Notes: generated by a model from the sequence alone, not told the origin. Shown: positions 29,223 through 39,066, counted from the first letter of the stretch. The stretch: DNA of 64,000 nt from Clostridiales bacterium (GCA_012838425.1 DUPG01000010.1:4194-68193), one strand, 5' to 3'. Numbers and translations: made by a program.

Positions 29223-31595
29223 ATGCAAACACATGAATATATACATATGCCAGTTATCGCAATGCGCGGAGTCGTGATACTGCCCAACGAGCATGTAGGC
29301 TTTGATATTGGGCGTGAGATGAGCTTAGCCGCCGCAAAGAATTCAATATTGAATTTTGATGGCAAGGTCATTTTGGTATGCCAAAAAGAAGCGCACAAGA
29401 CTGATGTAACCGCACAGGATTTATACACTGTAGGTACTTTGTGCAAAATTACGCAGATGGCAAAGGGTCCAAGCGTGTTGACAGCAAGGGTATTTGTTGA
29501 CGCATTAGAAAGAGTAGAGATAGCCGAGTTCAATTTTGACGGCGAGTATATCACTGCAAGCGGAATATCCTATACTGAACCTAAGTGCGAAGACCCATTG
29601 CATGAAACCTTGCGCCGCAGAATGTCGAGCTTGTTCTTAGAATACTGTGCGCTCTCTAAGCGCTTTTTACCCGAGCAGATTTCAGCAATTGAAAACATTA
29701 CGCAATTAGGCGCATATGCAGATGCTATCTGTGCTTTGACATTGCAAAAAACAGAGTACAGGCAAAAGGTATTAGAGAAGTTCGAGCCTATTCAAAGGCT
29801 GAATACAGTGTATGAGCTTCTCTCATTTGAGTTAGAGGTAGCAAAGCTTGATAATCAAGTTGAAATACTCACCAAGCGCAACCTTGATAAAAACCAAAGG
29901 GATTATTACCTGAATGAGAAAATCAAGGCGATTAAGCAAGAGCTTGGCGATACTCAGAATAAAGAGATTGAGAAGTTCAAGCAGCGCATGGAAAATAAGC
30001 TGCTTCCTGAGGCTGTGCGTGAGAAGCTGCAATCAGAGATAAGCAGGCTAGAGAGCTTGCCCGTATCTTCACATGAAGCTCCTAACATTATCTCATATGT
30101 TGAGCTTGTGCTCGATTTGCCGTGGACAGAAGCGACAGACGATAATATCGACCTTGCAGTCGCGCGTCAGATATTAGACAGGGATCATTTCGGGCTTGAA
30201 AAGGTTAAGCAGCGCATTATAGAGCATTTGGCGATTGCAAAGCTTACAAACAACCTAAGCGGTCAGATTATTTGCTTAGTCGGTCCTCCCGGTGTGGGCA
30301 AAACATCAATAGCCAGTGCGGTTGCCGAAGCGGTTGGGCGTAAATTCGTTCGTATGAGCATAGGCGGCATTGATGACGAAGCCGAAATCCGCGGACATCG
30401 CAGAACATATATTGGTGCAATGCCCGGGCGTGTAATCAACGCTATGAAGCAGGCAAAAACCATAAATCCTGTAATCTTGTTTGATGAGATCGACAAGCTT
30501 ACAAAGAATATTCATGGTGACCCTGCTGCGGCAATGCTTGAGGTCTTAGACCCGGCGCAGAATAAGGCATTCCGCGACCATTACTTAGAGCTGCCTTACG
30601 ACTTGTCTAAGGTTATGTTCATAGCTACGGCAAATTCACTTGATACCATTCCAAGACCTTTGCTTGACAGAATGGAGGTTATTGAGGTTCCGAGCTACCT
30701 TGAGCATGAAAAGACACAGATTGCGCTGCGCCATTTGGTTCCCAAGCAGCTTGAAAAGCATGGGCTTGCAAATTGCGATGTAGAGATAGACGAGAATACC
30801 ATCATTACTCTAATTAGAGACTATACGATGGAAGCCGGCGTGCGTGAGCTGGAGCGTGTTATAGCTTCGCTTTGCAGAAAGCTGTCTTGCGACTTGTTAG
30901 AGGGCAAGGACATAAATGCACAGCCGTTGGTTGACCGAATTACCGATTACTTAGGGCCAGCAAAATTTAAGCGCAACGCTGCGATTTTGAATCCTGCCAT
31001 AGGTGTTGTAAATGGCTTGGCGTGGACGGCATACGGCGGTGAAACCCTCCCCATTGAAGCGCAAGTAATGGCGGGCAACGGCAAGATTGAGATAACAGGT
31101 AATTTAGGTGAAGTAATGCGAGAGAGCGCTCATGCGGCTGTTACTTTCATAAGAGCAAATGCCGAAGAGCTGGGTATTGACAGCGAGTACTTTGCAAAGC
31201 ATGATTTGCACATACACGCTTTGAGCGGCGCAACGCCAAAAGACGGGCCGAGCGCAGGTATTGCAATAACTACAGCTATAACGAGCGCAATTACGGGTAA
31301 GCCCGTTAAGCCCTGCCTTGCTATGACGGGCGAGGTATCTATTCGCGGCGAGGTTTTACCTATTGGCGGCTTGCGTGAAAAGCTGCTGGGCGCATTGCGC
31401 GCAGGCATTACAACCGTAATAGTGCCTAACGCGAATAGGGCGGATGTATCCGACTTAGATCAAAGGCTGTTAGCTGAGCTTGAGATAATCTATGTAACTA
31501 ACACGCTGGAGGTATTGAAAGCGGCGCTGTTAGACGAGATACCACCTACTGTGCCGCACGATTCGATACATTCCTCGGTAACAATGGCGCAATAG
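29223..31595 (+). CDS. lon: ATP-dependent Lon protease
   Basis: LON N-domain, AAA+ GPPGVGKTS, and the protease Ser motif PKDGPSAG. ATG 29223 (MQTHEYIHMPVIAMRG) is preferred over the track start. Confidence 0.95.
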   Translation: MQTHEYIHMPVIAMRGVVILPNEHVGFDIGREMSLAAAKNSILNFDGKVILVCQKEAHKTDVTAQDLYTVGTLCKITQMAKGPSVLTARVFVDALERVEIAEFNFDGEYITASGISYTEPKCEDPLHETLRRRMSSLFLEYCALSKRFLPEQISAIENITQLGAYADAICALTLQKTEYRQKVLEKFEPIQRLNTVYELLSFELEVAKLDNQVEILTKRNLDKNQRDYYLNEKIKAIKQELGDTQNKEIEKFKQRMENKLLPEAVREKLQSEISRLESLPVSSHEAPNIISYVELVLDLPWTEATDDNIDLAVARQILDRDHFGLEKVKQRIIEHLAIAKLTNNLSGQIICLVGPPGVGKTSIASAVAEAVGRKFVRMSIGGIDDEAEIRGHRRTYIGAMPGRVINAMKQAKTINPVILFDEIDKLTKNIHGDPAAAMLEVLDPAQNKAFRDHYLELPYDLSKVMFIATANSLDTIPRPLLDRMEVIEVPSYLEHEKTQIALRHLVPKQLEKHGLANCDVEIDENTIITLIRDYTMEAGVRELERVIASLCRKLSCDLLEGKDINAQPLVDRITDYLGPAKFKRNAAILNPAIGVVNGLAWTAYGGETLPIEAQVMAGNGKIEITGNLGEVMRESAHAAVTFIRANAEELGIDSEYFAKHDLHIHALSGATPKDGPSAGIAITTAITSAITGKPVKPCLAMTGEVSIRGEVLPIGGLREKLLGALRAGITTVIVPNANRADVSDLDQRLLAELEIIYVTNTLEVLKAALLDEIPPTVPHDSIHSSVTMAQ

Positions 31596-31612
31596 AGGTT
31601 CAGGGAGCACAG

Positions 31613-32461
31613 ATGATAGTAGAATGCGACAGAAATTTATTTGAACAGTGTAAAGGGCTTTGGCGCGAGGCATTTGACGAGGACGACGATTTCGTTGCTT
31701 ACTTCTTCGAGGAGCGCACAAGCCCTCAATTCATATTATGCGATGTCGATGAAGAAAGAAATCTGCGTGGAATGCTGCATATGTTCCCAAAGCGCATAAA
31801 GGTAGGCAGGAAATCCTTCAAAGCAATGCACATTGTTGGCGTTGCTGTGAAAATTGAGCACAGGGGCAAGGGAATAGCGGCAGAGCTGTTAAAGCAAGCC
31901 GAAATACGCGCCAAACAGCAAAATGCTGCATATCTAATACTTCATCCCGAAAATCTTTCGCTTTTTGTGTTTTACAAGAAGCATGGTTACAGCCCGTTAG
32001 GAGTTCACAAAATACTTGCGAAGCGCTTCGATAAGCCGCATGAGGTGAAAGACGAGGAGCTATCTGTGAATCCCGAGCTGCTTTTGAGCATATATAAGCA
32101 AAATATGCGCCGCGCTGACGGCTATGTAAAAAGGAATATCAGGCATTTTAACGCATTGCTAAATGAAGCGAAACGCTTTAACTATGCTGTAGTTGCTACA
32201 AGCACAGGCTATGGAGTTTTGGAGGTATATGCCGACGAGGCTTTCTGCTTTGAGTTCTGCGGAGAGCTTACGGCCTGCATATTAGAAATGATGCGGCAAG
32301 CCACCGGGAAAAGTATTATAAGATTTGATATTTCGCCCACAGCTTGCTACATAAAGTGCGAAATAGAGGAGCTTGATACTGTTCCATTCAATATGATTAA
32401 GCCACTCAATAATACTGTTTGGGACACTAATATTCGATTCAACTCATACGAGATGTATTGA
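31613..32461 (+). CDS. GNAT family N-acetyltransferase
   Basis: Acetyl-CoA binding segment VAVKIEHRGKGIAAELL (R/Q-x-x-G-x-G/A). Confidence 0.7.
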   Translation: MIVECDRNLFEQCKGLWREAFDEDDDFVAYFFEERTSPQFILCDVDEERNLRGMLHMFPKRIKVGRKSFKAMHIVGVAVKIEHRGKGIAAELLKQAEIRAKQQNAAYLILHPENLSLFVFYKKHGYSPLGVHKILAKRFDKPHEVKDEELSVNPELLLSIYKQNMRRADGYVKRNIRHFNALLNEAKRFNYAVVATSTGYGVLEVYADEAFCFEFCGELTACILEMMRQATGKSIIRFDISPTACYIKCEIEELDTVPFNMIKPLNNTVWDTNIRFNSYEMY

Positions 32462-33208
32462 TTATTTCGGCATATGGCGTATTTTCATATAGTAAAGTGT
32501 GCCATTGTCCGCTTTTGTCAGCTTGGTAAAACCTAAGCCCTGCATATAGTCAATACTAACATTTGACGAAGGTATGGCTTGTATATGCAGCCTTTCGCCT
32601 TCAAGCTCCACTATGCCTTCAAGGTATTTTATATTACGCCATTGCATAATACGCCACCTTGAATTCGGGTAAATGGCTGAGAAGGGGTTATATACATTTC
32701 TTTGGCGTGGCTTGCTTGTGCTCGTGTATGTAGTGTTAGGCTTTATAGGTGTTTGCTCTCCGAATATCTCTTTTGCTTGCTCTAATATCTCTTTCAATGC
32801 TTCGGAGGGCTGCCTATTTGGGTTTTTGCGTATTTGACTTGGCGGATACACAGCTTGTGTTTGCTGTGGGGCAGGGATACTGATTCTAACATGTGTGCTT
32901 TTTTCATACTCTATCTGTCGCTTGAAGGGCATTAAGCTGTTATTGTTTCCGCGCAAAGCACCTTCCATAATCACTCTGCCGTTCTGAAACACTATAATAC
33001 CTACAATTTTGCTTATATCAATATTCTTTTCTTCTAATAACTGTGATGTTGATAACAGTTTATCCTTATATGCAACATACACTTCCGAGTTTTCGGGTTC
33101 ACCCTTTGTTGATATGATGATATTTGTGCCATCATATCGCAAGCGCGCGAATCCTCTATACCTTCCGTGTAGGTTTACTATTACCTCAAAAGCCTGCATA
33201 CTTTTCAC
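32462..33208 (-). CDS. Hypothetical protein (no recognisable motif)
   Basis: 248-aa ORF with normal composition and a central Pro/Gln-rich linker. Divergent from the spo0A-like gene. Confidence 0.5.
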   Translation of the reverse strand: MKSMQAFEVIVNLHGRYRGFARLRYDGTNIIISTKGEPENSEVYVAYKDKLLSTSQLLEEKNIDISKIVGIIVFQNGRVIMEGALRGNNNSLMPFKRQIEYEKSTHVRISIPAPQQTQAVYPPSQIRKNPNRQPSEALKEILEQAKEIFGEQTPIKPNTTYTSTSKPRQRNVYNPFSAIYPNSRWRIMQWRNIKYLEGIVELEGERLHIQAIPSSNVSIDYMQGLGFTKLTKADNGTLYYMKIRHMPK

Positions 33209-33260
33209 CCCTTATTATAGGTTATTCGCAAAATAGAAATAAGGAACTGTTTTGACCATT

Positions 33261-33267
33261 TTCGACA
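33261..33267. promoter_or_regulatory. Exact 0A-box heptamer (TTCGACA, the complement of TGTCGAA) upstream of the spo0A-like gene
   Basis: Perfect match to the Spo0A binding heptamer, 47 nt upstream of ATG 33314. A single 7-mer match could be chance. Confidence 0.35.
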
Positions 33268-33313
33268 ATTTGTCCTCTTGAAACAACAATGCAGCAAAGG
33301 ATATGCTATACAT

Positions 33314-34096
33314 ATGAAGAACACAAATGTTATTAAACTACAAGTTATAGATGAACGCCCCTATACATATGCGCGCCTTTGCGAAGCCGCTTCGGCTTTC
33401 AAGCAAGTGTCTATGCTGCCATATATTGCAGACCTCGATTTGCTGACAGCCGAAAGTGTGGCGCAGGCGGATTGCATATTGGCTAATGTCGCAAGCTCGT
33501 CAAACAATATCAGAGCATTGCATAATCTATATTCAAGCAATGAAGTTACTGCAAAGCTGTATATATTGGGCGACGCGTTTTCGATTGATGAAGCTTCAAT
33601 CGTATTAGAGCGGTACTTGGAATATGCCTTTGCCGAACCTATACCGGGAGATATTGTGATAAAGCGCATATATGAGTTTATGACGACTAAGCCCGAGTAC
33701 AATCCGCATGAGGAGGACTCTTTGAGCTTTTATAACAGCTATTTTAAGCAAATGGAGCTGTGCGCCGGCGTATTGCTTCGCGAATTAGGAATCGCAATGC
33801 ACCTGCAAGGCTTCAACTACCTGCGGTTTGCGGTTACTTACTTCACTTTTTCACCGCGGGCAACGCTTAAATGGGATGTGTTTCCGAAAATGGAGCGCAT
33901 ATTTCATACTTCCCGCGTTAATATTGACCGTTCAATGCGCTATGCCATAGAAACTGCTTGGAATAATGGCGACTTCGAAGCTCAACAGGCACATTTCGGC
34001 TACACAATAGATGAGCAAAAGGGCAAACCTGAGGTTCGCGAATTCATATCTATGTTAGGGCAGCATATGCGCACAAAAATGCTGAAATTAGCATAG
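33314..34096 (+). CDS. Spo0A-like regulator: Spo0A_C DNA-binding domain with a degenerate (pseudo)receiver domain
   Basis: The C-terminus LGIAMHLQGFNYLRFAV...SRVNIDRSMRYAIETAWNNG...FGYT...KPEVREFISML aligns with the B. subtilis Spo0A effector domain. The N-terminus is receiver-like but substituted at key residues. The ORF is open from TTG 33278, and ATG 33314 has only a weak SD. Confidence 0.75.
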   Translation: MKNTNVIKLQVIDERPYTYARLCEAASAFKQVSMLPYIADLDLLTAESVAQADCILANVASSSNNIRALHNLYSSNEVTAKLYILGDAFSIDEASIVLERYLEYAFAEPIPGDIVIKRIYEFMTTKPEYNPHEEDSLSFYNSYFKQMELCAGVLLRELGIAMHLQGFNYLRFAVTYFTFSPRATLKWDVFPKMERIFHTSRVNIDRSMRYAIETAWNNGDFEAQQAHFGYTIDEQKGKPEVREFISMLGQHMRTKMLKLA

Positions 34097-34118
34097 GCTT
34101 GGCAATAGGGCAGGCGAT

Positions 34119-34733
34119 ATGCGCAGAGCAAGATTAGATGAATCACTCATATATCAAAGCATAGTCAGGCGTAAAAGGGTTAGGCTTATCAATGACACAT
34201 ACAAGATTAGCACTTTCAGTATTTTCTTTGTTGCTTTTTTGCTGTTAGTTGGTATAATATCCGGGATTGCTACATTGAACTTATTAGGTGAAACGACAAA
34301 ATCATATTATATCGCATCGGTGGGCAAAGCAATATTAGTTTCATCGGCGTTTAATATTTTAATGCTTGCAGTATCGATTATGTGCGCTATTTGGATATTC
34401 GGAATTCTGCCCCTGATAGCTGCCATACTATTAAAAGGCTTCATATTAAGCTTTTCTGCCTGCGCTCTAATTATGGCGAAGTATGGCTTTTTAGGCTTTG
34501 CAATAAGCATAGTAATTCCTAATATGGTGCTGTTATATGCGCATTTCACGCTTATACTGATTTCTTTAAGCGAATGGTCAAATAGATTCAAAAACTTCTT
34601 TCAAAATAGAGCACAGACAAAAAGTATCAACACCCAGTATTTTCAAGCGATTCGGCCGTGCTTGATTGCGCTTGTACTGGGAATAATTATTGAGGGCATA
34701 ATAGCGCCGCTTCTCATGCGTGCAATTCAGTGA
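34119..34733 (+). CDS. spoIIM: SpoIIM-like stage II sporulation membrane protein
   Basis: About 200 aa with 5 helices. LKGFILSF and IVIPNMVLLYAHF resemble SpoIIM's LKGIVVGF and VLPQNLLLIPAYL. Confidence 0.55.
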   Translation: MRRARLDESLIYQSIVRRKRVRLINDTYKISTFSIFFVAFLLLVGIISGIATLNLLGETTKSYYIASVGKAILVSSAFNILMLAVSIMCAIWIFGILPLIAAILLKGFILSFSACALIMAKYGFLGFAISIVIPNMVLLYAHFTLILISLSEWSNRFKNFFQNRAQTKSINTQYFQAIRPCLIALVLGIIIEGIIAPLLMRAIQ

Positions 34734-34765
34734 TGTTTAATGTAAAATAGAATAGGAGGTAGCAT

Positions 34766-35911
34766 ATGAAAAGACGAGTCGTGTTATTTGTCCTCGATAG
34801 CGTTGGCATTGGCGCTTTGCCTGACGCTCATTTGTTTTCTGATACCGGTGCGCACACCTTGGGAAATATCTACAAGCTATGCGGCAGGCTTGATTTGCCT
34901 AATATGTATTCTATGGGGCTGTCTGAAATAGAGGATTCGCGGCTTCCTAAGTATCATGGAAATATTGTCGGCGCATTCGGTCGAGCGGCTGAAAAGAGCA
35001 GCGGCAAGGATACAATTTCAGGACATTGGGAGCTTATGGGCGTTATCTCTGAAAACAGATTCGAAACATATACCGAAAATGGATTTCCGTCTGAACTGAT
35101 TGAGGATTTCGAGAAGCGCATTGGCACGAAAACGCTTGGCAACTATGCGGCTTCGGGTACGGAGATTATAAAGCAGCTTGGTGCAGAGCATCAAAAAACC
35201 GGTTATCCGATAGTTTATACTTCCGCAGACAGTGTGTTTCAGATAGCTGCGCATGAAGATATAATTTCATTGCAAAGACTTTATATGATGTGTGAAATTG
35301 CGCGTGAAATCATTGATGACGGTGGCTATAACATAGCAAGAGTTATAGCGCGTCCCTTTATTGGCGATCCAATAGTTGGATATACGCGCACGCCGAATAG
35401 AAAGGACTTTTCAGTAGAGCCTCCAAGCACAACGATATTAGACAGGCTTCAGCATATGGGGTTTGAAACAGTTGGCATAGGCAAGATCCATGATATATTT
35501 GCAGGCAAGGGAATATCCATTGCAGAGCATACGAAAAGCAATGCCGAGGGTATAGACGCTACAATACGCTACTTAAAATCTGGCGAAGGCGATTTTATAT
35601 TCACAAACCTTGTTGATTTCGATATGCTTTTCGGGCATCGCAACGATTATGAGGGATACAGAAAGGCGTTAGAGTACTTCGACAGCAGGCTGCCTGAAGT
35701 TATTTCCTCTATGACTGAGCATGATTTACTTATAATCACTGCTGATCATGGCTGCGACCCGACATTCACAGGTACAGACCATACGCGAGAGTACATTCCA
35801 ATACTTGTTTTCAATAAGCGTATGACCAATGCGATGCCTTTGGGTACTGTTGACAGCTTCATTCATATTGGCGGCTTGGCATATACATACCTGTCTTCGC
35901 TTGCGGAATAA
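34766..35911 (+). CDS. deoB: Phosphopentomutase
   Basis: N-terminal VLDSVGIGALPDA and the metal-binding ADHGCDPT motif. Confidence 0.93.
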   Translation: MKRRVVLFVLDSVGIGALPDAHLFSDTGAHTLGNIYKLCGRLDLPNMYSMGLSEIEDSRLPKYHGNIVGAFGRAAEKSSGKDTISGHWELMGVISENRFETYTENGFPSELIEDFEKRIGTKTLGNYAASGTEIIKQLGAEHQKTGYPIVYTSADSVFQIAAHEDIISLQRLYMMCEIAREIIDDGGYNIARVIARPFIGDPIVGYTRTPNRKDFSVEPPSTTILDRLQHMGFETVGIGKIHDIFAGKGISIAEHTKSNAEGIDATIRYLKSGEGDFIFTNLVDFDMLFGHRNDYEGYRKALEYFDSRLPEVISSMTEHDLLIITADHGCDPTFTGTDHTREYIPILVFNKRMTNAMPLGTVDSFIHIGGLAYTYLSSLAE

Positions 35912-35939
35912 CAAGGACCTTTATGCTATACAATATTGT

Positions 35940-36992
35940 ATGTTACATAGACTTAATAAAAAGCGCATAGTTATCATAATATTAGCATTGTCCTTGACCG
36001 TAATAATCGTTAGGGGAATATTCTTTGCGTTTTTACCTCTACCGCAGTTCTTAGAAAACCTTTCGGGTGAAAAGATGAAGCCTAAGGACATTTTATTCGA
36101 TGAAGTAGCCTTTATCAGCGTTTTTGATGTGAAAACCAACAGAGTGTTTGAGGTTGGGCTTGAAGAATATGTATTCTGCGCAACCGCAGCAGAAATGCCT
36201 GCTTCATATGAGCTGGAAGCTATAAAAGCGCAGGCGTTAGCAGCAAGAACATATGCGTTTACCCATATGCGCGAGCTATACGCAGATTCCACACCTTGCA
36301 AGAAGGGTTTATCCGATGTTTGCACCGATAGCGGCTGTTGCCAATCCTATAAAAGCATTGAAAGCCTATTTGAGAAGTGGGGGAGCAACGCAAGCAGGTA
36401 TGCCAAGAAGGTATATGAAGCAGTAAAAGTTACAAAAGGTGAGATAGTATCGTATCAAGGAGAGCCAATTCTGGCGCTTTTTCACGCATCATCAGGAGGG
36501 GTTACGGAAAACAGCGAGAATGTGTTTTCATCAGCACTGCCGTACTTGGTCAGCGTTGACAGCCCGAATGAAGAATTCCACACGCATTTTGCTGATACCA
36601 AAGTGTTAAGCGCTGAATATGTGGTAGAAGCAATAAATACAAGCTTTCTCGAAGCAAACTTGCGCAAAGCAGAGCTAAGCAAACAGATAAAAGTGTTAGA
36701 ACGCTACATCTCAGGAAGAGTAAAAACCGTTCAGATAGGCAACAGCACTTGCACAGGCAGAGATTTGAGGAATACGCTGGGGCTTAATAGCGCCAACTTT
36801 TCTATTGAGTTTGATAGCGACAAGGTTATTATATCAACAATAGGCTTTGGGCATGGAGTTGGAATGAGTCAAGCGGGCGCAAATGCTATGGCGCAGGCTG
36901 GCAGTAACTACATACAGATATTGACGCATTACTATCAAAGCACAGAGGTAACCTCTATATACCCAAAGTACGATTCTATTAGCCCGCCATAA
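35940..36992 (+). CDS. spoIID: Stage II sporulation protein D (lytic transglycosylase)
   Basis: N-terminal helix and SpoIID/LytB signature motifs (EAIKAQALAARTYA, HASSGGVTE, GHGVGMSQ). The track start at 35829 overlaps deoB by 83 nt, so ATG 35940 was chosen. Confidence 0.85.
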   Translation: MLHRLNKKRIVIIILALSLTVIIVRGIFFAFLPLPQFLENLSGEKMKPKDILFDEVAFISVFDVKTNRVFEVGLEEYVFCATAAEMPASYELEAIKAQALAARTYAFTHMRELYADSTPCKKGLSDVCTDSGCCQSYKSIESLFEKWGSNASRYAKKVYEAVKVTKGEIVSYQGEPILALFHASSGGVTENSENVFSSALPYLVSVDSPNEEFHTHFADTKVLSAEYVVEAINTSFLEANLRKAELSKQIKVLERYISGRVKTVQIGNSTCTGRDLRNTLGLNSANFSIEFDSDKVIISTIGFGHGVGMSQAGANAMAQAGSNYIQILTHYYQSTEVTSIYPKYDSISPP

Positions 36993-36998
36993 AAAATA

Positions 36999-37032
36999 AA
37001 GCCGCTATCCTGTTACGAATAGCGGCCGTTTA
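36999..37032. terminator. Bidirectional hairpin between spoIID and the CoA-transferase operon
   Basis: GCCGCTAT (37001-37008) pairs with ATAGCGGC (37019-37026), flanked by A-rich and T-rich runs. Confidence 0.6.
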
Positions 37033-37040
37033 AGTTGATT

Positions 37041-37694
37041 TCAAGCAACATTTATTACTTTTAGGTTATCAGATATAATAAGCTCGCAGCCTGTTGCGGC
37101 CTGCACTTCCTCTACTGTTACACCAGGGGCAATTTCAATCAATTCCAAGCCCTTGTCTGTAACTTCAATGACTCCCATATCGGTAATTATCATGTCAACA
37201 ACCTCAACTGCTGTTAACGGGAAGGTACATTCCTCTAAAATCTTATGGCTGCCTTTCGCCGTATGCTCCATAGCGATTATTACGCGCTTAGCTCCTACAA
37301 CCAAGTCCATTGCGCCGCCCATGCCGGGCACCTTCTTATTTGGGACCATCCAGTTTGCCAAGTTGCCTTTCTTGTCAACCTGCAATGCGCCTAATATTGT
37401 TACATCAACATGCCCGCCGCGTATAATGCCGAACGAATCTGCGCTGTGGAAGAATGAAGCACCCGGAATTACAGTGATATATCCGCCGCCAGCATTTGTA
37501 ATATACGGATTCTCTTTGCCGGGCTCAGCAGTTGCGCCTACGCCAATAAGACCGTTCTCGGATTGCAGCAAAACCTTTATTCCTTTGGGAACATGGTTCG
37601 CAACCATAGTAGGCAAGCCAATACCTAAGTTTACTACATCGCCGTGCTTTAATTCTTGAGCTGCTCGCTTTGCTATGAATTCCTTCTTATCCAT
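37041..37694 (-). CDS. 3-oxoacid/acetate CoA-transferase subunit B
   Basis: SENG active-site motif (LQSENGLIGVG). 8-nt overlap with subunit A. Confidence 0.92.
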   Translation of the reverse strand: MDKKEFIAKRAAQELKHGDVVNLGIGLPTMVANHVPKGIKVLLQSENGLIGVGATAEPGKENPYITNAGGGYITVIPGASFFHSADSFGIIRGGHVDVTILGALQVDKKGNLANWMVPNKKVPGMGGAMDLVVGAKRVIIAMEHTAKGSHKILEECTFPLTAVEVVDMIITDMGVIEVTDKGLELIEIAPGVTVEEVQAATGCELIISDNLKVINVA

Positions 37695-38352
37695 TTTGTC
37701 CCTCCGATTGTACTATTGCATCAATAAATAGCCCAGGTATTGTAACTAACTCATGGTCTAATTCGCCGACTTCAACTATTTGTTCGGCTTCTACAACAAC
37801 ATAATCAGCAGCGCGTGCCATAATCGCGTTGAAATTCTTAGTCGAGCCCTTTAAGAAGCAGTTGCCTTCCTTATCTGCTATTGTTGCTTTTATGAAAGCA
37901 ATGTTCCCTCTAATGTTTGTTTCCAACAAATAGTCAACGCCGTTGAAAGTGCGCTTTTCTTTACCCTTTTCAACGATAGTTCCAACACCAACGGGAGTAT
38001 AAAAAGCCGCAATACCAGCGCCGCCGCAGCGTATCCTTTCAGCTAAAGTACCCTGAGGGGATAGCTCAACGCTTTCCGGATTGTCCATTAGCATTTGACC
38101 GGTTACAGGATTTGCGCCGATATAAGATGCAATAACCTTTTTTACTCTGCCTTGCTGCATAATCTTGATGGTCGTCATTTCAGAAGTGCCTGTGTCATTC
38201 GAAACGATTGTCAAATCTTTTGCGTCGCTGTAATTCAGAACGCCTTGCAGGATAGTTTCGGGCGCGCCTGATTGCAGGAAGCCGCCAATCAGAACAGTGT
38301 CGCCGCTTTTCAAACGCTGCACCGCTTCCTTAACGGTAGTTACCTTATTCAT
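37687..38352 (-). CDS. 3-oxoacid/acetate CoA-transferase subunit A
   Basis: N-terminal VKEAVQRLKSGDTVLIGGF, typical of AtoD/CtfA/ScoA. Confidence 0.92.
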   Translation of the reverse strand: MNKVTTVKEAVQRLKSGDTVLIGGFLQSGAPETILQGVLNYSDAKDLTIVSNDTGTSEMTTIKIMQQGRVKKVIASYIGANPVTGQMLMDNPESVELSPQGTLAERIRCGGAGIAAFYTPVGVGTIVEKGKEKRTFNGVDYLLETNIRGNIAFIKATIADKEGNCFLKGSTKNFNAIMARAADYVVVEAEQIVEVGELDHELVTIPGLFIDAIVQSEGQNG

Positions 38353-38455
38353 ATAACATCTCCCTTCATAGTGGTATTACCATAGAATCAGTATAACAGA
38401 AATATTCTTTATTATCAATCCAAGAGCTATACTCATTATTATTGCAAACTCGTGT

Positions 38456-38483
38456 TTGAAAGCTGCATAAAATATTGTATAAT
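38456..38483 (+). promoter_or_regulatory. Sigma-70-type promoter (extended -10)
   Basis: TTGAAA, 16-nt spacer, TG-TATAAT (38478-38483). Confidence 0.45.
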
Positions 38484-38508
38484 AATTTATATCTTATGTG
38501 GGGTTGTT

Positions 38509-39063
38509 ATGGAAAAAACGATAGACGACCTAAAAAGTGAAGTTGAAACGCTTCTCCAAGAGTATGTAGTTGTTGAAAAAAGGCGAAAGGTTATCCGAAT
38601 CATCCGCTTATGCTTTGTTATACTTGTGATTCCTTTTTATGTTTATGGCGCCTATATGGCGTTTACAACATATCAAGGAACAACCGGATTTAATATTAGG
38701 TATCTGCTTGTCGCAATTGTTGCGACTCTGATTTTCTTTGTTTTCATGGTTTTTGGAATAGGCTTCTTTAAGCTTGAGGATAGGCTATTTTTAATCGGAG
38801 ATTTGAGTTTGTCTACTCTGAATATTATCTTCTACATTGCGCTTGCAATATTTCTTGCAATGTCATTCATATATGAAACACAAGTCAGCAAGCTGGATAA
38901 AATCAAGAATTCCGTCGCGACTATACGCAAGGCGATTGAGGTCAGGGAAAGTCTGATTCAGCAGTTTACCGAAGAAATGACAAAAGCTCAAACAAAGACC
39001 GCAAGGTCGCTGTTCAGTTCCTATGAACCTGACGAAAATGCTGAAAAGCACGAGTTTTATTAA
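38509..39063 (+). CDS. Hypothetical membrane protein with coiled-coil termini
   Basis: About 4 hydrophobic helices. ATG 38509 (MEKTIDDLK) is preferred over the track start at 38452. Confidence 0.5.
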   Translation: MEKTIDDLKSEVETLLQEYVVVEKRRKVIRIIRLCFVILVIPFYVYGAYMAFTTYQGTTGFNIRYLLVAIVATLIFFVFMVFGIGFFKLEDRLFLIGDLSLSTLNIIFYIALAIFLAMSFIYETQVSKLDKIKNSVATIRKAIEVRESLIQQFTEEMTKAQTKTARSLFSSYEPDENAEKHEFY

Positions 39064-39066
39064 AGG

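Noticed and set aside
32459-32464. Convergent gene pairs with spacing of 0-3 nt and no terminator: GNAT/hypothetical at 32461/32462, MBL/prfA at 44455/44457, and membrane protein/sigK at 39063/39067.
   Set aside because: The pairs are real, but this is a common consequence of compact genomes. By itself it is not evidence of a specific antisense regulatory mechanism.
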